Positions 49,143 to 60,022 of a DNA stretch of 64,000 nt are shown piece after piece (positions within the stretch are counted from its first letter, which is position 1; the number at the start of each line of letters is the position of its first letter). A program made the translations under genes and the position numbers. This stretch comes from Mucilaginibacter sp. (GTDB lineage: Bacteria > Bacteroidota > Bacteroidia > Sphingobacteriales > Sphingobacteriaceae): NCBI RefSeq assembly GCF_028288225.1, contig NZ_JAQBOC010000062.1:58265-122264 (forward strand), in the 5' to 3' direction. The notes beneath the pieces were generated by a model. It made no database searches. It was not told the origin of the DNA and saw nothing but the letters and a program-made list of their open reading frames with translations.

Positions 49143-50354
49143 CTATTTGTTAACCTTCAAAGAAACTGTCATACTTTCGCCAAAGACAGGTTTTTGAGCG
49201 GGATCAGAAGGAAGTGTATTCCATAAGCATTCCCGAACGGTCATAATTTGCTTTTTGGTGTCCATTGTGATCAATTGAAATGACAACTTTGTTTCATCTT
49301 TAGCCGAGACATCTCCTTTCATTGGCGAATCCACCCTAAAAACGTTTAAATCAACATCATTATCCGGCCCTTTGTAGTTGTAAAACTCATTCCAGTTACT
49401 GTTGCCATGAAAGTATGCCTTTATATTAGCATGTGCCTTTATAAATTTAACCCATCCGCGTTGTTCAATATCGGTGGCACCGTTGTCACTCGCTGCAACA
49501 ATCCCCTCCTTATAACGCTCGGCAGTCAGATTTTCAAATTTGTTGGTACTGGTCATATTGTATGGCGAAACCGGGTTTGTGAAATGTTTAGCTTCACATG
49601 TTGGCTGGTCATGACAAAAAATAATAACCGGTGTTGTTTTATCCACGGTATCTAAATCTTTTTGCATCCAGATCCTTTCTGCAGAGTCCGGCCACAGCGT
49701 AATAAACATCACATGTACGCCCTTCATATTTAATGAATAGTTGATCTTATCGTTAGCGTAATTATAATTATCGTTTGTTTTAGGTTCAGCGGGCTTAATC
49801 ATTAAGTTATAGATCTTCACCATAACAGTGGGATCGGTTTTGGGGTTCATTAATTTAGCTGAGCCTATTGCATTTGTTATATCATGATTACCCGGGGCCA
49901 ATAAAAGTTTAACAGGCTTATGCTGATGATCTTTTAATGTTACTCCATGGATATAATCCGTTTCAAACTGCGACCAGCTGGCTGCAGCACTTTGGTAAGG
50001 GATCTCCATCCGGTTGGCGATATCACCTGTTTGGATCAAATAATCAACAGGTCCTGCTTTTCCACCCGAACTCACACCCTTATCTTCAGGTAGTGTTAAC
50101 CCGGGTACGCTATTTATCTTCCTGATCATGGCTGCATTCACCATGTGGGCGCTCACATTCGTATCACCCTGAAATTTTTTTCGTGTCAGTGCGTAATGAG
50201 CGTCGGATGTATATACCATTTGTATAATAGCCGATCCATCATCCTGGCATACAGCCATTTTTGGGCAGATTAAGCTAATAGTTATCAATAATAAAACAGT
50301 TAGTGTAATTAACGGCTTTTGAGTTTTAAGCACGCTTTTAAATTGGTATTGCAT
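49143..50354 (-). CDS. secreted calcineurin-like metallophosphoesterase
   Basis: Signal peptide; SDAHY, GDIAN, GNHD, CHD; last motif reads HGNSN. Confidence 0.8.
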   Translation of the reverse strand: MQYQFKSVLKTQKPLITLTVLLLITISLICPKMAVCQDDGSAIIQMVYTSDAHYALTRKKFQGDTNVSAHMVNAAMIRKINSVPGLTLPEDKGVSSGGKAGPVDYLIQTGDIANRMEIPYQSAAASWSQFETDYIHGVTLKDHQHKPVKLLLAPGNHDITNAIGSAKLMNPKTDPTVMVKIYNLMIKPAEPKTNDNYNYANDKINYSLNMKGVHVMFITLWPDSAERIWMQKDLDTVDKTTPVIIFCHDQPTCEAKHFTNPVSPYNMTSTNKFENLTAERYKEGIVAASDNGATDIEQRGWVKFIKAHANIKAYFHGNSNWNEFYNYKGPDNDVDLNVFRVDSPMKGDVSAKDETKLSFQLITMDTKKQIMTVRECLWNTLPSDPAQKPVFGESMTVSLKVNK

Positions 50355-50396
50355 AAAAATAAGATTAATTAAATTTGAATTTCAACTCTTTCCCGC

Positions 50397-51386
50397 CTAC
50401 TTTCTTTTATAAAAAGAGACGGTGGCCGGTTTCCCGGGATGATCTCTTACCTCGGTATCGGTATAATATCCTGAACCATCTGCGGCAAAACCAATCCCTT
50501 CGCCCTGCGGCTCATTATTAATATATGGCGCGTGTTGTGGTTTAGTTAATAATCCTGCTGATATGCCGGTGCCTGTAGGAAGTTTCCAATACCATATCAA
50601 TTCATTGCTCCGAAGTAAAATTTCGGTACCATCCGGTGAAATGTCGCCACTTGTTGCCTTATTAAAATATAATTGAACTACCGGGGTTAAAACAGCAGGA
50701 GAGGTTGTGCTTTGCGGATACCGGGCAACATATATTTTTGAAAGATTACTTTCCTTACTGGCAATATAAATATCTTTTGTAAGTGGATCAACCATTAGTG
50801 TTTCGGCATTGCGGGGGCCGTCAGGATACTTCAATTCTATTTTATCAACAGAAGCAATGTTCGAAATTAAGGGCAAAGCTGTTCCCTTTAAATCGGGCTC
50901 AGGAAAACGATAGATAAACACTGACCCATATTTTGAATCATTGTCGCCTATATCACCAATGTATATATAACTTTTTCCTGCAATGGGGCCTGGCCCTACA
51001 GCAATATCTTCCCAATCCCGGTTACCATATGGAGTTATGGTGAGTGTTCCATTATCTGCACCGCTGCCATTAGTTAAATAAACCTGGTTAGCGTTACCGC
51101 TATCATTATGAATATATAAGATCCCCGGATTTGTTTTGCTTGCGGCGACGCCCGATATTTCCAACAGGTCCTTCCTGAAAAGCGGGTTGGTAACCGGTTG
51201 GGGGCTAAACGCCTTTGAGGCGTCTAATGAAGAGGGATCGTAGGATGGCTTTGAAAATACTACTCCGGCAGGCGGGGGATTGTTTGCAGAAGGATCTTTT
51301 ATTGGAACAATTGAATTACCTGATTTTTTGCAGGAAATTGCCGCAAGTATTAAAACACATAACAACCCGTTTTTAATATAATTCAT
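50397..51386 (-). CDS. beta-propeller lipoprotein (possibly phytase/esterase-like)
   Basis: AISC lipobox; EISG, HNDSG, DWEDIA, IGDIGDN, NAETL, QGEGI repeats. Confidence 0.65.
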   Translation of the reverse strand: MNYIKNGLLCVLILAAISCKKSGNSIVPIKDPSANNPPPAGVVFSKPSYDPSSLDASKAFSPQPVTNPLFRKDLLEISGVAASKTNPGILYIHNDSGNANQVYLTNGSGADNGTLTITPYGNRDWEDIAVGPGPIAGKSYIYIGDIGDNDSKYGSVFIYRFPEPDLKGTALPLISNIASVDKIELKYPDGPRNAETLMVDPLTKDIYIASKESNLSKIYVARYPQSTTSPAVLTPVVQLYFNKATSGDISPDGTEILLRSNELIWYWKLPTGTGISAGLLTKPQHAPYINNEPQGEGIGFAADGSGYYTDTEVRDHPGKPATVSFYKRK

Positions 51387-51439
51387 TTTGATGTTTTATT
51401 AAAAAGGGTTGTTATGTTAAAGATCATGTTTTACTCGTA

Positions 51440-52885
51440 TTAGTGTTGATTTCCTTTTCCGTTTAATTGGTAACAGCCCATATCTGCACCGGGAAGTGTA
51501 ATTTCGCTTGAACCAAAGTTTGGATCAACAGGGATATTTGTAGTAATTGGCTTAATCAAAGCAGCATTGGTTGTTCCTTTGCCTGCTGCAGGTGAACCGG
51601 CCTGGAGGCGGAAATTATAACCATCAACAGAAGCCTGTGTTACCCAGAAGTTACTGGTTGCGGGAAGCGGATAATTTACAAACATTGGGTTGTTTTTTCC
51701 TACCAGCGAAGCACCATCATAAGTTTCACCAAAAGTGTAACCTGGTAAAAAAGCCGCCATATTTGGAATATCAGTAGCCTGCGGATGAGTAACTACCGGC
51801 TGAGCAATGCTTGTTGGCACAATTTGATTGGCCATGGCAGCATTATCAACATAATAAAAATTATACCCATAAGCAGTTTTTTTAATTTCAGATGAATTGT
51901 TTAGCGTTGTATCAGCCAGGTAAACTTTAGCACCACCAGGGCCGCCTGCAATACGTACACCAAAATCACAATCAACAATCAGGTTATTATAAACCAAGGC
52001 CCTTGAGTTATTTTCTATCTCAACAGAACCGCTCCTTGCACCAAAAACCCCGGTGTTTCTGAAACCATCGTTAATGTAAGTATTATTATACATAGCAAAT
52101 TGGCATTCGCCTGCTGTAGTGCCATCACTTGCTGATTTTGTACCATTAGTTGCCCCACCGATAATAAGATTATAGGCCATATTGCCAATAGCGCTGCCTT
52201 TGGCATTGAAACCGTCACCGCCTACTCCGCCGCATTTTTCCATCGTATTTCTCATGATGTTAAAGAAACCACCGTAAAACCGGGTAGCATCATCAGGTGA
52301 GCCATAGATCCATGAATCTTCCATTATAAAAACACCTGTTGGGTTTTCAAAGTATAAAATGAATTGAGCGCCAGCTTTCAATGAGTTCGCATCAGCAAAA
52401 GGAAGGGCTTTTAAAGCTGCGCCGCCAAAATCAAGATGCGTCCATTTAAGCACTACTAATTTACTGGTGTTACTGCAGTAAATTCCACCCCATCCGCCTA
52501 CATAGGCCGGATCGGCGGCTACTGTAGATACGCCTGTTTGTTTGGTTTTGCTTGGGTCGGTAATAGTAACCGGTGCATCTTTGGTACCCAAACTAATTAA
52601 GTCGCCGTTTACAATAAAGTTAGCGCCATTGGTCATTTTTATGGTTACACCTTTTTGTATTAAAAGTGTGTCTCCTGCATTAATAGTAATATCGCCGCCT
52701 ACAGTATAAGTCTCATTGGCCAGCATTGTACCCTTATAAGTACCTGCAGCCAATGTTCCTGAGTTGCTTATTGGCTTCCCTACCTGGATTAGTGGTACAG
52801 ACACCACAACTTTATCGCTTTTCTTACTGCAAGCAGCAAGCGCCAAAAACGACAGGCCAAATGAAATTAATTTTAATTTTTTCAT
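51440..52885 (-). CDS. surface lipoprotein, beta-helix-like, TonB receptor partner
   Basis: LAAC lipobox; TLLIQKGVTI...GTKDAPVTIT...GGWGGI; Asn/Gly-rich repeats. Confidence 0.7.
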   Translation of the reverse strand: MKKLKLISFGLSFLALAACSKKSDKVVVSVPLIQVGKPISNSGTLAAGTYKGTMLANETYTVGGDITINAGDTLLIQKGVTIKMTNGANFIVNGDLISLGTKDAPVTITDPSKTKQTGVSTVAADPAYVGGWGGIYCSNTSKLVVLKWTHLDFGGAALKALPFADANSLKAGAQFILYFENPTGVFIMEDSWIYGSPDDATRFYGGFFNIMRNTMEKCGGVGGDGFNAKGSAIGNMAYNLIIGGATNGTKSASDGTTAGECQFAMYNNTYINDGFRNTGVFGARSGSVEIENNSRALVYNNLIVDCDFGVRIAGGPGGAKVYLADTTLNNSSEIKKTAYGYNFYYVDNAAMANQIVPTSIAQPVVTHPQATDIPNMAAFLPGYTFGETYDGASLVGKNNPMFVNYPLPATSNFWVTQASVDGYNFRLQAGSPAAGKGTTNAALIKPITTNIPVDPNFGSSEITLPGADMGCYQLNGKGNQH

Positions 52886-52941
52886 AACTGATGAATTGAA
52901 TGATTAATAAGTATTGCTATTATTTTAATTATTGATTTGTA

Positions 52942-55842
52942 TTAAAATTTGAACCTTAAGCCCAAATTGTACCGGGAATAATATTGGTCATACTCTACTG
53001 TTGTGTAATTAGGACTTTCCTGGTGCGGATATTTCAATAAACCAGTATAATTGCTGGTATTATTTTGTTTGATAAACAATTGGTAAGGAGTATTTAAGAG
53101 GTTATTTGCTTTTACAAAAAGAATAAAATGTTTTCCTAAAGTTTTTTGTGCAGAAAAGTCGAGAAAAGTAGACGCCTTTTCCCAGGTGTCTAAATTAAAA
53201 TATTGTGATACAGCCGCTATTCTTTCGCCTGTATATGCCAAAGACAATTGCGCATCAAATCCATTTTTTTGATCTTTATATAACAGGGAAAAATTGCCAA
53301 CATTGGCTGCCTGCCCCTGCAATGGCCTGGTTTGCAAGCGCATAGCTACAGTTCCCTGAACGTCGATACTTTTTGATGTAGTAATTTGCGATTGGGTGTA
53401 GGTGTAATTTAAAGCTACACCAATATTCCCAAAAAACTTTTTTGCCTCAAGTTCAACTCCATAATTATGGGCATTACCCAGGTTTTCAGGTTGAAGGAAC
53501 AAGGTGGCCCCGCTCCCGCCTTGCTGAAGGACTGTTTCAATAGGATTGACCAGGTATTTATAAAACCCACCCGCCATAAACTCATCAAAAACACCTGGAA
53601 AGAACTCATACCTTAAGTCGTAATTGTTTATTACAGTGTGCTGAAGATAAGGATTCCCTAAAAATGCATTAGGATTATCACTTGTTACATCAGGATATGG
53701 TATAAAATCCGCAAAGGCAGGCCGTAAAACCGATTGAAAATAAGAGGCCCTTATTGCCTGGTTATCTGTTAGGGAATATTTGGCATTAATGCTTGGCAGA
53801 TAGTCAACATAGGAGATTGCTGCCGATTTTCCCGGAAATGTTGCAGGCAGATTAGAATAATAACTCTGATCTGTACTCTCAGACCTTAAGCCAAATAAAA
53901 CATCGAAATGGCTGTTTATAAAATATTTTAACATTCCATAAACGCCCTTTATATTTTCTGTAAAGGTGTACACTCCGGGGTCGGTACTTGAGGAGCCGTA
54001 TGCATTATAAGGCTGCTGATCAAACGTGAATGTTGATGCCGGAATTGAAACATAAGTTTCAGCGTTGTTAGTACCGGGGTCAACGGTATTAGGTAAGCTA
54101 TAACTATCAACAAAATTATCCCTTGTTTTATGTCTGAACATTCCCCCTGCAGAAAATAAGGCTTTGCGGCCAAAAATTTTCGTATCAAAATGAAGATTTA
54201 AATAAGCTGAAATATCTTTATCTGTATTGTGGGCCCATGTTCTTGATTCATTACCCACCAATGCAGGATCATTTATGATGTCCGGGGTTACAGAAACTCT
54301 GCTACCGGGGTTGTTGGGGTCTGGCACTTGCTTATAACCATGAGCAACAACAGTATCCGGATTTGTTCGGTACGAGGTTTTAAATTCTGCAATATCCGGT
54401 TGTTTATGACTGGCTTTAGAGTTTGCCAAAATCCAATCAAATGAAAAAGCCTTATTTATTTTATGCTTCCCTTTAAGGGTTATGTTATAAATACTTTGCA
54501 GGTCAGTCCTGGTTTCAGTTAAATTATCAACCCCGTTTGTGCCATAGTATCCGTGGTATGAATATCCGCCATAAGTTGAATTTTCGGTTTGGCGCACCCG
54601 GTGTTCATTTAATTGCAAGTAAGTGCCAAATAGATCTATAACGTTGTTTTCATTAAATTTATAATCAATTGATGCTATTGCGCCTAACCGGCTAAGTTGT
54701 GATGAATACTGGCGGTTATAAGAACTTTGAAAAGCTGTTTCCTGGTTTGGTGTGTTAATGTCTGGCGATGGCCCTACAGTATTTTCCTGAACAACAACAA
54801 AGCTGTTACTACCCTGGTACAAGTTTTGATAAGTACCTGAAAAAAGCACTCCTAATTTATTATTCAAAAAGCGATCGCCTATCGTTAAACTTGCATTGGC
54901 ATTTGGAGGTGCATTTCCGGTTTTGGTTAACAGGTTTTGGTATGGAAAATTGCTTATCAATGCTGGTGATCCCGGCATTAATTCACCCGGGGCCTTGCTA
55001 TTAACGGTACTGCCATTAAAGCTGCTGAAACTCCTGTTGAAAAATAATTGACTATAACCCGTGCCAAAGTCTCCTTCTACCCTCAATCGGTCTGGTGCAG
55101 ATTTCATTACCAAATTAACCACGCCGCCCGAAGCATCGCCCTCCATTGCCGGCGTAAGTGATTTGGAAACCTCTATTCTTTCAACTAAGCCAGCCGGGAA
55201 AATATCTAAAGGCACGTACCTGTTCTTATTATCAGGGCTGGGGATCTTTATGCCATTTATTAAAGTAGTATTATATTGTTTATCCATTCCACGGATAATC
55301 ACATGTTCTGCGTCTCCGGTATTGTTCCTGTCAATAGTTATTCCCGACACCCTGCTCAATACGTTAGAAACCAACACGTCGGGTGATATTGCTATTGTAT
55401 TTGCCGATACCGCATTCAGGGTATTATCAGCATTCTTTTCATCATTCCTGGCTGACCTGTCGCTTTCCCTGCTGGCATGCTCGGTAATTGTTACTTCATT
55501 TAACGCTGTAGAGTTATTAACCATAGCAATATTTAAGACTGCTATATTAGTTTGCGATACTTCTACTGTATATTCCCTGGTGGTTTTGTATCCAATAAAA
55601 CTTACTTGTAGTTTATAATTTCCGGCAGGAACATTTTTAAAAACATAAGTGCCATCAAGCTTAACAGTGGTATTTGATTTAAAATCTTCTTTTTCGATAT
55701 GAACAGTGGCGCCAATAAGCGTTTCTTTTGTTTTTGCATCCGAAACATTCCCCCTGATGGTTTGGGCAAATGATGAAATGTTGAAGCTTGTAAGTAAAAA
55801 AAATAGTACGAGGTAGTGTTTAAATTGTAAAAACGGGTTCAT
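52942..55842 (-). CDS. TonB-dependent receptor
   Basis: N-terminal carboxypeptidase-regulatory-like domain (ETLIGATV); plug LSRVSG..IRGM..YN..LING; VPLDIFP; GNPYL; C-terminal Phe; ATG at 55842. Confidence 0.93.
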   Translation of the reverse strand: MNPFLQFKHYLVLFFLLTSFNISSFAQTIRGNVSDAKTKETLIGATVHIEKEDFKSNTTVKLDGTYVFKNVPAGNYKLQVSFIGYKTTREYTVEVSQTNIAVLNIAMVNNSTALNEVTITEHASRESDRSARNDEKNADNTLNAVSANTIAISPDVLVSNVLSRVSGITIDRNNTGDAEHVIIRGMDKQYNTTLINGIKIPSPDNKNRYVPLDIFPAGLVERIEVSKSLTPAMEGDASGGVVNLVMKSAPDRLRVEGDFGTGYSQLFFNRSFSSFNGSTVNSKAPGELMPGSPALISNFPYQNLLTKTGNAPPNANASLTIGDRFLNNKLGVLFSGTYQNLYQGSNSFVVVQENTVGPSPDINTPNQETAFQSSYNRQYSSQLSRLGAIASIDYKFNENNVIDLFGTYLQLNEHRVRQTENSTYGGYSYHGYYGTNGVDNLTETRTDLQSIYNITLKGKHKINKAFSFDWILANSKASHKQPDIAEFKTSYRTNPDTVVAHGYKQVPDPNNPGSRVSVTPDIINDPALVGNESRTWAHNTDKDISAYLNLHFDTKIFGRKALFSAGGMFRHKTRDNFVDSYSLPNTVDPGTNNAETYVSIPASTFTFDQQPYNAYGSSSTDPGVYTFTENIKGVYGMLKYFINSHFDVLFGLRSESTDQSYYSNLPATFPGKSAAISYVDYLPSINAKYSLTDNQAIRASYFQSVLRPAFADFIPYPDVTSDNPNAFLGNPYLQHTVINNYDLRYEFFPGVFDEFMAGGFYKYLVNPIETVLQQGGSGATLFLQPENLGNAHNYGVELEAKKFFGNIGVALNYTYTQSQITTSKSIDVQGTVAMRLQTRPLQGQAANVGNFSLLYKDQKNGFDAQLSLAYTGERIAAVSQYFNLDTWEKASTFLDFSAQKTLGKHFILFVKANNLLNTPYQLFIKQNNTSNYTGLLKYPHQESPNYTTVEYDQYYSRYNLGLRFKF

Positions 55843-55904
55843 GCAGGGGTATTTTATCTTAACTAAGTGCGTAATAAAACGCAAAGAAACCGCCCCAATT
55901 CTGG

Positions 55905-55965
55905 GTAAATTCTGAATTAAAACGCGAATTACAATTGCATAACGGAATGATAATTTCGGGGTAAT
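55905..55965. promoter_or_regulatory. 11-bp-periodic TAA repeats, possible PhoB/OmpR-type array
   Basis: TAA/TTA at 55918, 55929, 55940, 55951, 55962 (and 55906), upstream of the receptor. Confidence 0.4.
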
Positions 55966-56190
55966 ATTTACGAAATAAAAGTGCAGACAAAATCCGTTTT
56001 GTTTATTTTCTCTTAATCTGAATTTAACATCCTATCATTTTTCAAACCCCTGAAAAATAAAACATCAAATATTAGCTGATGCGAAATTTATTTGTCCGTT
56101 CATATTATTTCAGCCGGAGAAAGCAATGTATCGAAAAGCACCTTAGATTGCCACCGAATGAGTACATTTAATGTTTATCCAATTAAATAA

Positions 56191-57078
56191 ATGCCCGGTA
56201 AGCTCCAAAGTTTTAACAAAACCCGCATAGCCCCCACCCCCAGTGGTTATCTGCATTTGGGTAATGTACTGTCATTTGCGGTCACTGCGTGGCTGGCTCG
56301 TAAAAGCGGGGCAAAAATATTGTTGAGGATAGATGATCTGGACCAGGCCAGGGTGAATAAGCGGTATCTGCAGGATATTTTTGATACCCTGAACTTTTTG
56401 GAGATCCCTTGGGATGTAGGTCCGTGTAATTTAAAAGAGTTTGAAAATGATTATTCGCAACTGCGCCGGATGCCCGTGTACCGGGACGCACTTAAACAAT
56501 TAGCAGATGAAGGGTTGGTTTTTGCCTGTACCTGTTCGCGCAGCTGGTTAGACTCGGGCAATGAGTGCCTGTGTGCTGGCAAAAGGCATCCTTTATCTGC
56601 AGAAAACTCAACCTGGCGTTTGTTAACATCAAACAATAAGCATCTAAAGATTAAAAGTTATGGCGGCCAAATGATTGAAGCTGCTCTGCCGGCAGAGATG
56701 CACAATTTTGTTGTTAAAAAAAGGGATGGTTTCCCGGCATACCAGCTTACTTCAGTTATTGACGATCTTTTTTTCGGGGTTGATCTGGTGGTAAGGGGCG
56801 AAGACTTGTGGCCGTCAACACTGGCACAGCATTTACTGGCAAATGCGCTCGGGAAAAATAGTTTTTCTGATATCACATTTTATCATCACCCCTTGCTTAT
56901 GAGCGAAGGTAAAAAGCTTTCCAAGTCTGCCGGAGCGGTCTCGGTACATTACCTGCGCGAAATTGGTAAAAAGCCAGCTGATGTTTATACGCTGATCGCG
57001 GGAATGCTGGGTGTTAAGAATGCTATAGGCAACCGGGAGCAGCTTGCTGAAATAATTACAACGGCAGTGAAACTATAA
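56191..57078 (+). CDS. gluQ: glutamyl-Q tRNA(Asp) synthetase-like protein
   Basis: RIAPTPSGYLHLGN; LRIDDLD; C.CSR; AYQL; VRGEDL; KLSKS; no anticodon-binding domain. Confidence 0.8.
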   Translation: MPGKLQSFNKTRIAPTPSGYLHLGNVLSFAVTAWLARKSGAKILLRIDDLDQARVNKRYLQDIFDTLNFLEIPWDVGPCNLKEFENDYSQLRRMPVYRDALKQLADEGLVFACTCSRSWLDSGNECLCAGKRHPLSAENSTWRLLTSNNKHLKIKSYGGQMIEAALPAEMHNFVVKKRDGFPAYQLTSVIDDLFFGVDLVVRGEDLWPSTLAQHLLANALGKNSFSDITFYHHPLLMSEGKKLSKSAGAVSVHYLREIGKKPADVYTLIAGMLGVKNAIGNREQLAEIITTAVKL

Positions 57079-58432
57079 ACGAAGTTCCGCCCCCTAATAA
57101 TGATCGTACAGCTATCGTCCCGTTCATATCTTCAATAGCTTGTTTGGTAAAATATAAGCCAAGCCCCATGCTCTTTTTATTACTGCCCGATTTAAAGAAT
57201 TTATTAAAAATGCTGCCCCGTTGTTCAGGTTTTATACCTATGCCGTTATCTTCAATTTCAATAACACAATGCTTATCTTTCCTGTATGACCGCACTTTTA
57301 TCCATTGTTCAGGCTTGTTAAAGTCAGCATATTTAATAGCATTTGATATCAGGTTATTAAACACCGTTTTCAAATCAGTAACATTACATTTAAGCTCCCA
57401 TACTTCCAGCTCACTTAAAAATTTCACTTTCTGTCCTTCTGCAAAAAAACTGTTCTGGCTTATTACATCATTTACTATTTCACCTAAATTACAAAGCTCC
57501 GCACCCTTTCTGCTATCGTTACTAATGGTATTTAAAACATCCTGAATGTGTTGATCCTGTAATTGAATACTTTCACGCATCATTGTAGTATAGCCCGAAA
57601 TTTTGGAGATGTCCTTTTCACGTTCCAGCACAGCAACCAGGCCTGTTAATGATGACAGCGGTGAGCGCAGATCATGCGTAACGCCATAAACAAACTTATT
57701 TATTCGTTCGTTCATATTTTTAAGCGACAGATTTTGTTCTATGATCACCTTTTTTGAGGTATGAAGCTTCCTGAGCATTATACCGGCCAGCAATGCAGAA
57801 CATCCCAGGATAATGATTGAGACCGAAAGATCGGCAATGAGAACGTAATGGTCAACCATCCGTGAAGTAGTGCCAAGCAGAGCTGAAAAATTCTGTTGTT
57901 TAATGGTCAAATTATCTGATATAGTATTTATCTGTAAGATGAGTTCCTCTTTATCAATGGGTTTACCTGAACGGATATTGTTATAAGCCTGTGAACCTAT
58001 TGCATCCAGCTTCGCCACCATTATATCAGCCTGCTGCCATGTAAGAATAGCTTCTTTAAAGAAATCCACGTTTTTAAACTTTTTAAAAAACCATATCAGT
58101 TCAGGCAGATCATCAGGATGATTGCCCCCCATTAAAAAACCTATGCGGGCTATTTTAATATCCTTTCCTGCTGATAATGCCTCGCGGGCAATGCTATCTC
58201 CTTTAGGGATACTGATGTCATTTTTAAAAAACAGGTAATCTGTTTCCTCGTGCGAATAGATATAGCTCATTAAATGCCGGGTGGCATCTTTTTCGCCCGC
58301 TGAATATTGCGATTGAAAATTGGTGTACGCCCTGCCGGCCGATAATATTTTTACCGAATAATAGTGCGTAATACCAATTGCTGCGGTAGCAACTAATACT
58401 ATTGAAGTTAAAGCAATAATTACTCTTTTCAT
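57056..58432 (-). CDS. membrane-bound sensor histidine kinase
   Basis: Two TM segments; THDLRSPL; NLISNAIKY; DNGIGI; GLGLY. Confidence 0.9.
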   Translation of the reverse strand: MKRVIIALTSIVLVATAAIGITHYYSVKILSAGRAYTNFQSQYSAGEKDATRHLMSYIYSHEETDYLFFKNDISIPKGDSIAREALSAGKDIKIARIGFLMGGNHPDDLPELIWFFKKFKNVDFFKEAILTWQQADIMVAKLDAIGSQAYNNIRSGKPIDKEELILQINTISDNLTIKQQNFSALLGTTSRMVDHYVLIADLSVSIIILGCSALLAGIMLRKLHTSKKVIIEQNLSLKNMNERINKFVYGVTHDLRSPLSSLTGLVAVLEREKDISKISGYTTMMRESIQLQDQHIQDVLNTISNDSRKGAELCNLGEIVNDVISQNSFFAEGQKVKFLSELEVWELKCNVTDLKTVFNNLISNAIKYADFNKPEQWIKVRSYRKDKHCVIEIEDNGIGIKPEQRGSIFNKFFKSGSNKKSMGLGLYFTKQAIEDMNGTIAVRSLLGGGTSFIVSLPL

Positions 58433-58841
58433 GTATTAAAAACATTGCCGGGCTACCCTTTTTTAGCTGGAACTTTATATTAATTTACCGACCCATTGCT
58501 TTATACGAAATGATTAATGTTTAGGTTATGAAATATTGCGCTGTTTAAAACAATTTATTATTCCCCATATTTGACCCTATAATAAGGATAAGCGGGATCT
58601 TCATTTGCAACGGATGACAGATTTTTGGTCGACCTGCCCAGTAAGCTAATGCTCCAAAAAGAGCACTCAGCATTGCAAGGATAATGAAAGCAGTAAAAAA
58701 CATATCGCAATAATGCATCTTTAAAGCGCAGATACTCGTATTACTAATAGTTGAAGAAGCTTTGCTATGGCTGATGCTATTTTTCTGATCTTTCTCTTTG
58801 TTTCTAAATGACTTTAAAAAGAACAACAACTCTAAAAAAGG

Positions 58842-59933
58842 ATGACGATTAAAGTGAACAAGCAAAATTCAGAGAATACCTATAATATTGAACTATTCTT
58901 CGACCTATCGCCTGACCTGCTATGTATTGCCGGATATGATGGGTATTTTAAACGGATAAATCCTGCCGTTTCAAAACTGTTAGGTTACACCAATGAAGAG
59001 TTGCTTGCTAAACCAATCCACGAATTTATTTACCAGGAAGATAAGCATATAACAGCACAGCACCGGGAAAAGCTGATCAATGACATTCCTCTTTTGCATT
59101 TTGAAAATCGTTATGTAACAAAAAGCGGGGAAATTGTATGGCTGCACTGGACATCGATGCCTGTTGATAGTGAGAAAGTTGTTTTCGCCATTGCTAAAAA
59201 CATCACCCACAAAAAGAAGCTTGAAGAAGACCGCAATTTGCTGCTTACAAACCTTACACAGCTAAATAACGATTTGAAGCAGCTTGCGTATATGACATCG
59301 CACGACTTGCGTGCACCGATAAGTAATCTGCTCTCTGTTTTTAGCCTTTTAGATGTTTCAAAAATACAGGACGAGGAAACACTTGAATTTATTAACATCC
59401 TTAAAATAACTACCGATAGTTTAAAAACAACATTAAATAATTATGTAGACGTTTTAATTCAAAAAAACAGTTTAAATGCACACATAGAAGAGTTGAGTTT
59501 AAATGAGTGTTTAAATGCCTCTCTGCAATCATTGCAATCCTTAATTAAAAGTTCAAAAGCCGAGGTAAATATTGATTTTTCGGCAATTGAACGGGTTAAA
59601 TTTAATAAGGCTTACCTGGAAAGCATATTTCTTAATTTAATCACCAATTCAATAAAATATGCCAAACCTGATAGTTTTCCCGATATTTCCATTTACACCA
59701 AAAAAGTTAGCGGCGTAACTCAATTAATTTTTGCTGATAAAGGTATAGGCTTTGATATGGATAAAGTAAAAGGCAGGATATTTGGCTTCAACCAAAAGTT
59801 TCATGATCATGCCGATAGCAAGGGAATAGGGCTTTACTTAGTTTACAACCACATTACAAGCCTTGGCGGTCACATAGCTATAAAAAGCAAGATAAATGAG
59901 GGAACCAAGTTTATTATATCATTTGGGAATTGA
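58842..59933 (+). CDS. cytoplasmic PAS histidine kinase
   Basis: FFDLSPDLLCIAGYDGYFKRINPA PAS; SHDLRAP; NSIKY; GIGLY. Confidence 0.9.
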   Translation: MTIKVNKQNSENTYNIELFFDLSPDLLCIAGYDGYFKRINPAVSKLLGYTNEELLAKPIHEFIYQEDKHITAQHREKLINDIPLLHFENRYVTKSGEIVWLHWTSMPVDSEKVVFAIAKNITHKKKLEEDRNLLLTNLTQLNNDLKQLAYMTSHDLRAPISNLLSVFSLLDVSKIQDEETLEFINILKITTDSLKTTLNNYVDVLIQKNSLNAHIEELSLNECLNASLQSLQSLIKSSKAEVNIDFSAIERVKFNKAYLESIFLNLITNSIKYAKPDSFPDISIYTKKVSGVTQLIFADKGIGFDMDKVKGRIFGFNQKFHDHADSKGIGLYLVYNHITSLGGHIAIKSKINEGTKFIISFGN

Positions 59934-60022
59934 GATTTTACCCTGCTATTTTGCTATGATAAAATAACTGCTATTACCATGTGTTTGCAGGCATTAGCCT
60001 ATCGGCCTGTTTTTGGTTGTAA

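Noticed and set aside
58545-58865. 106-aa minus-strand ORF with a hydrophobic stretch between the two kinases
   Set aside because: Overlaps the PAS kinase start, has no recognisable motif and a weak start; cannot be supported.
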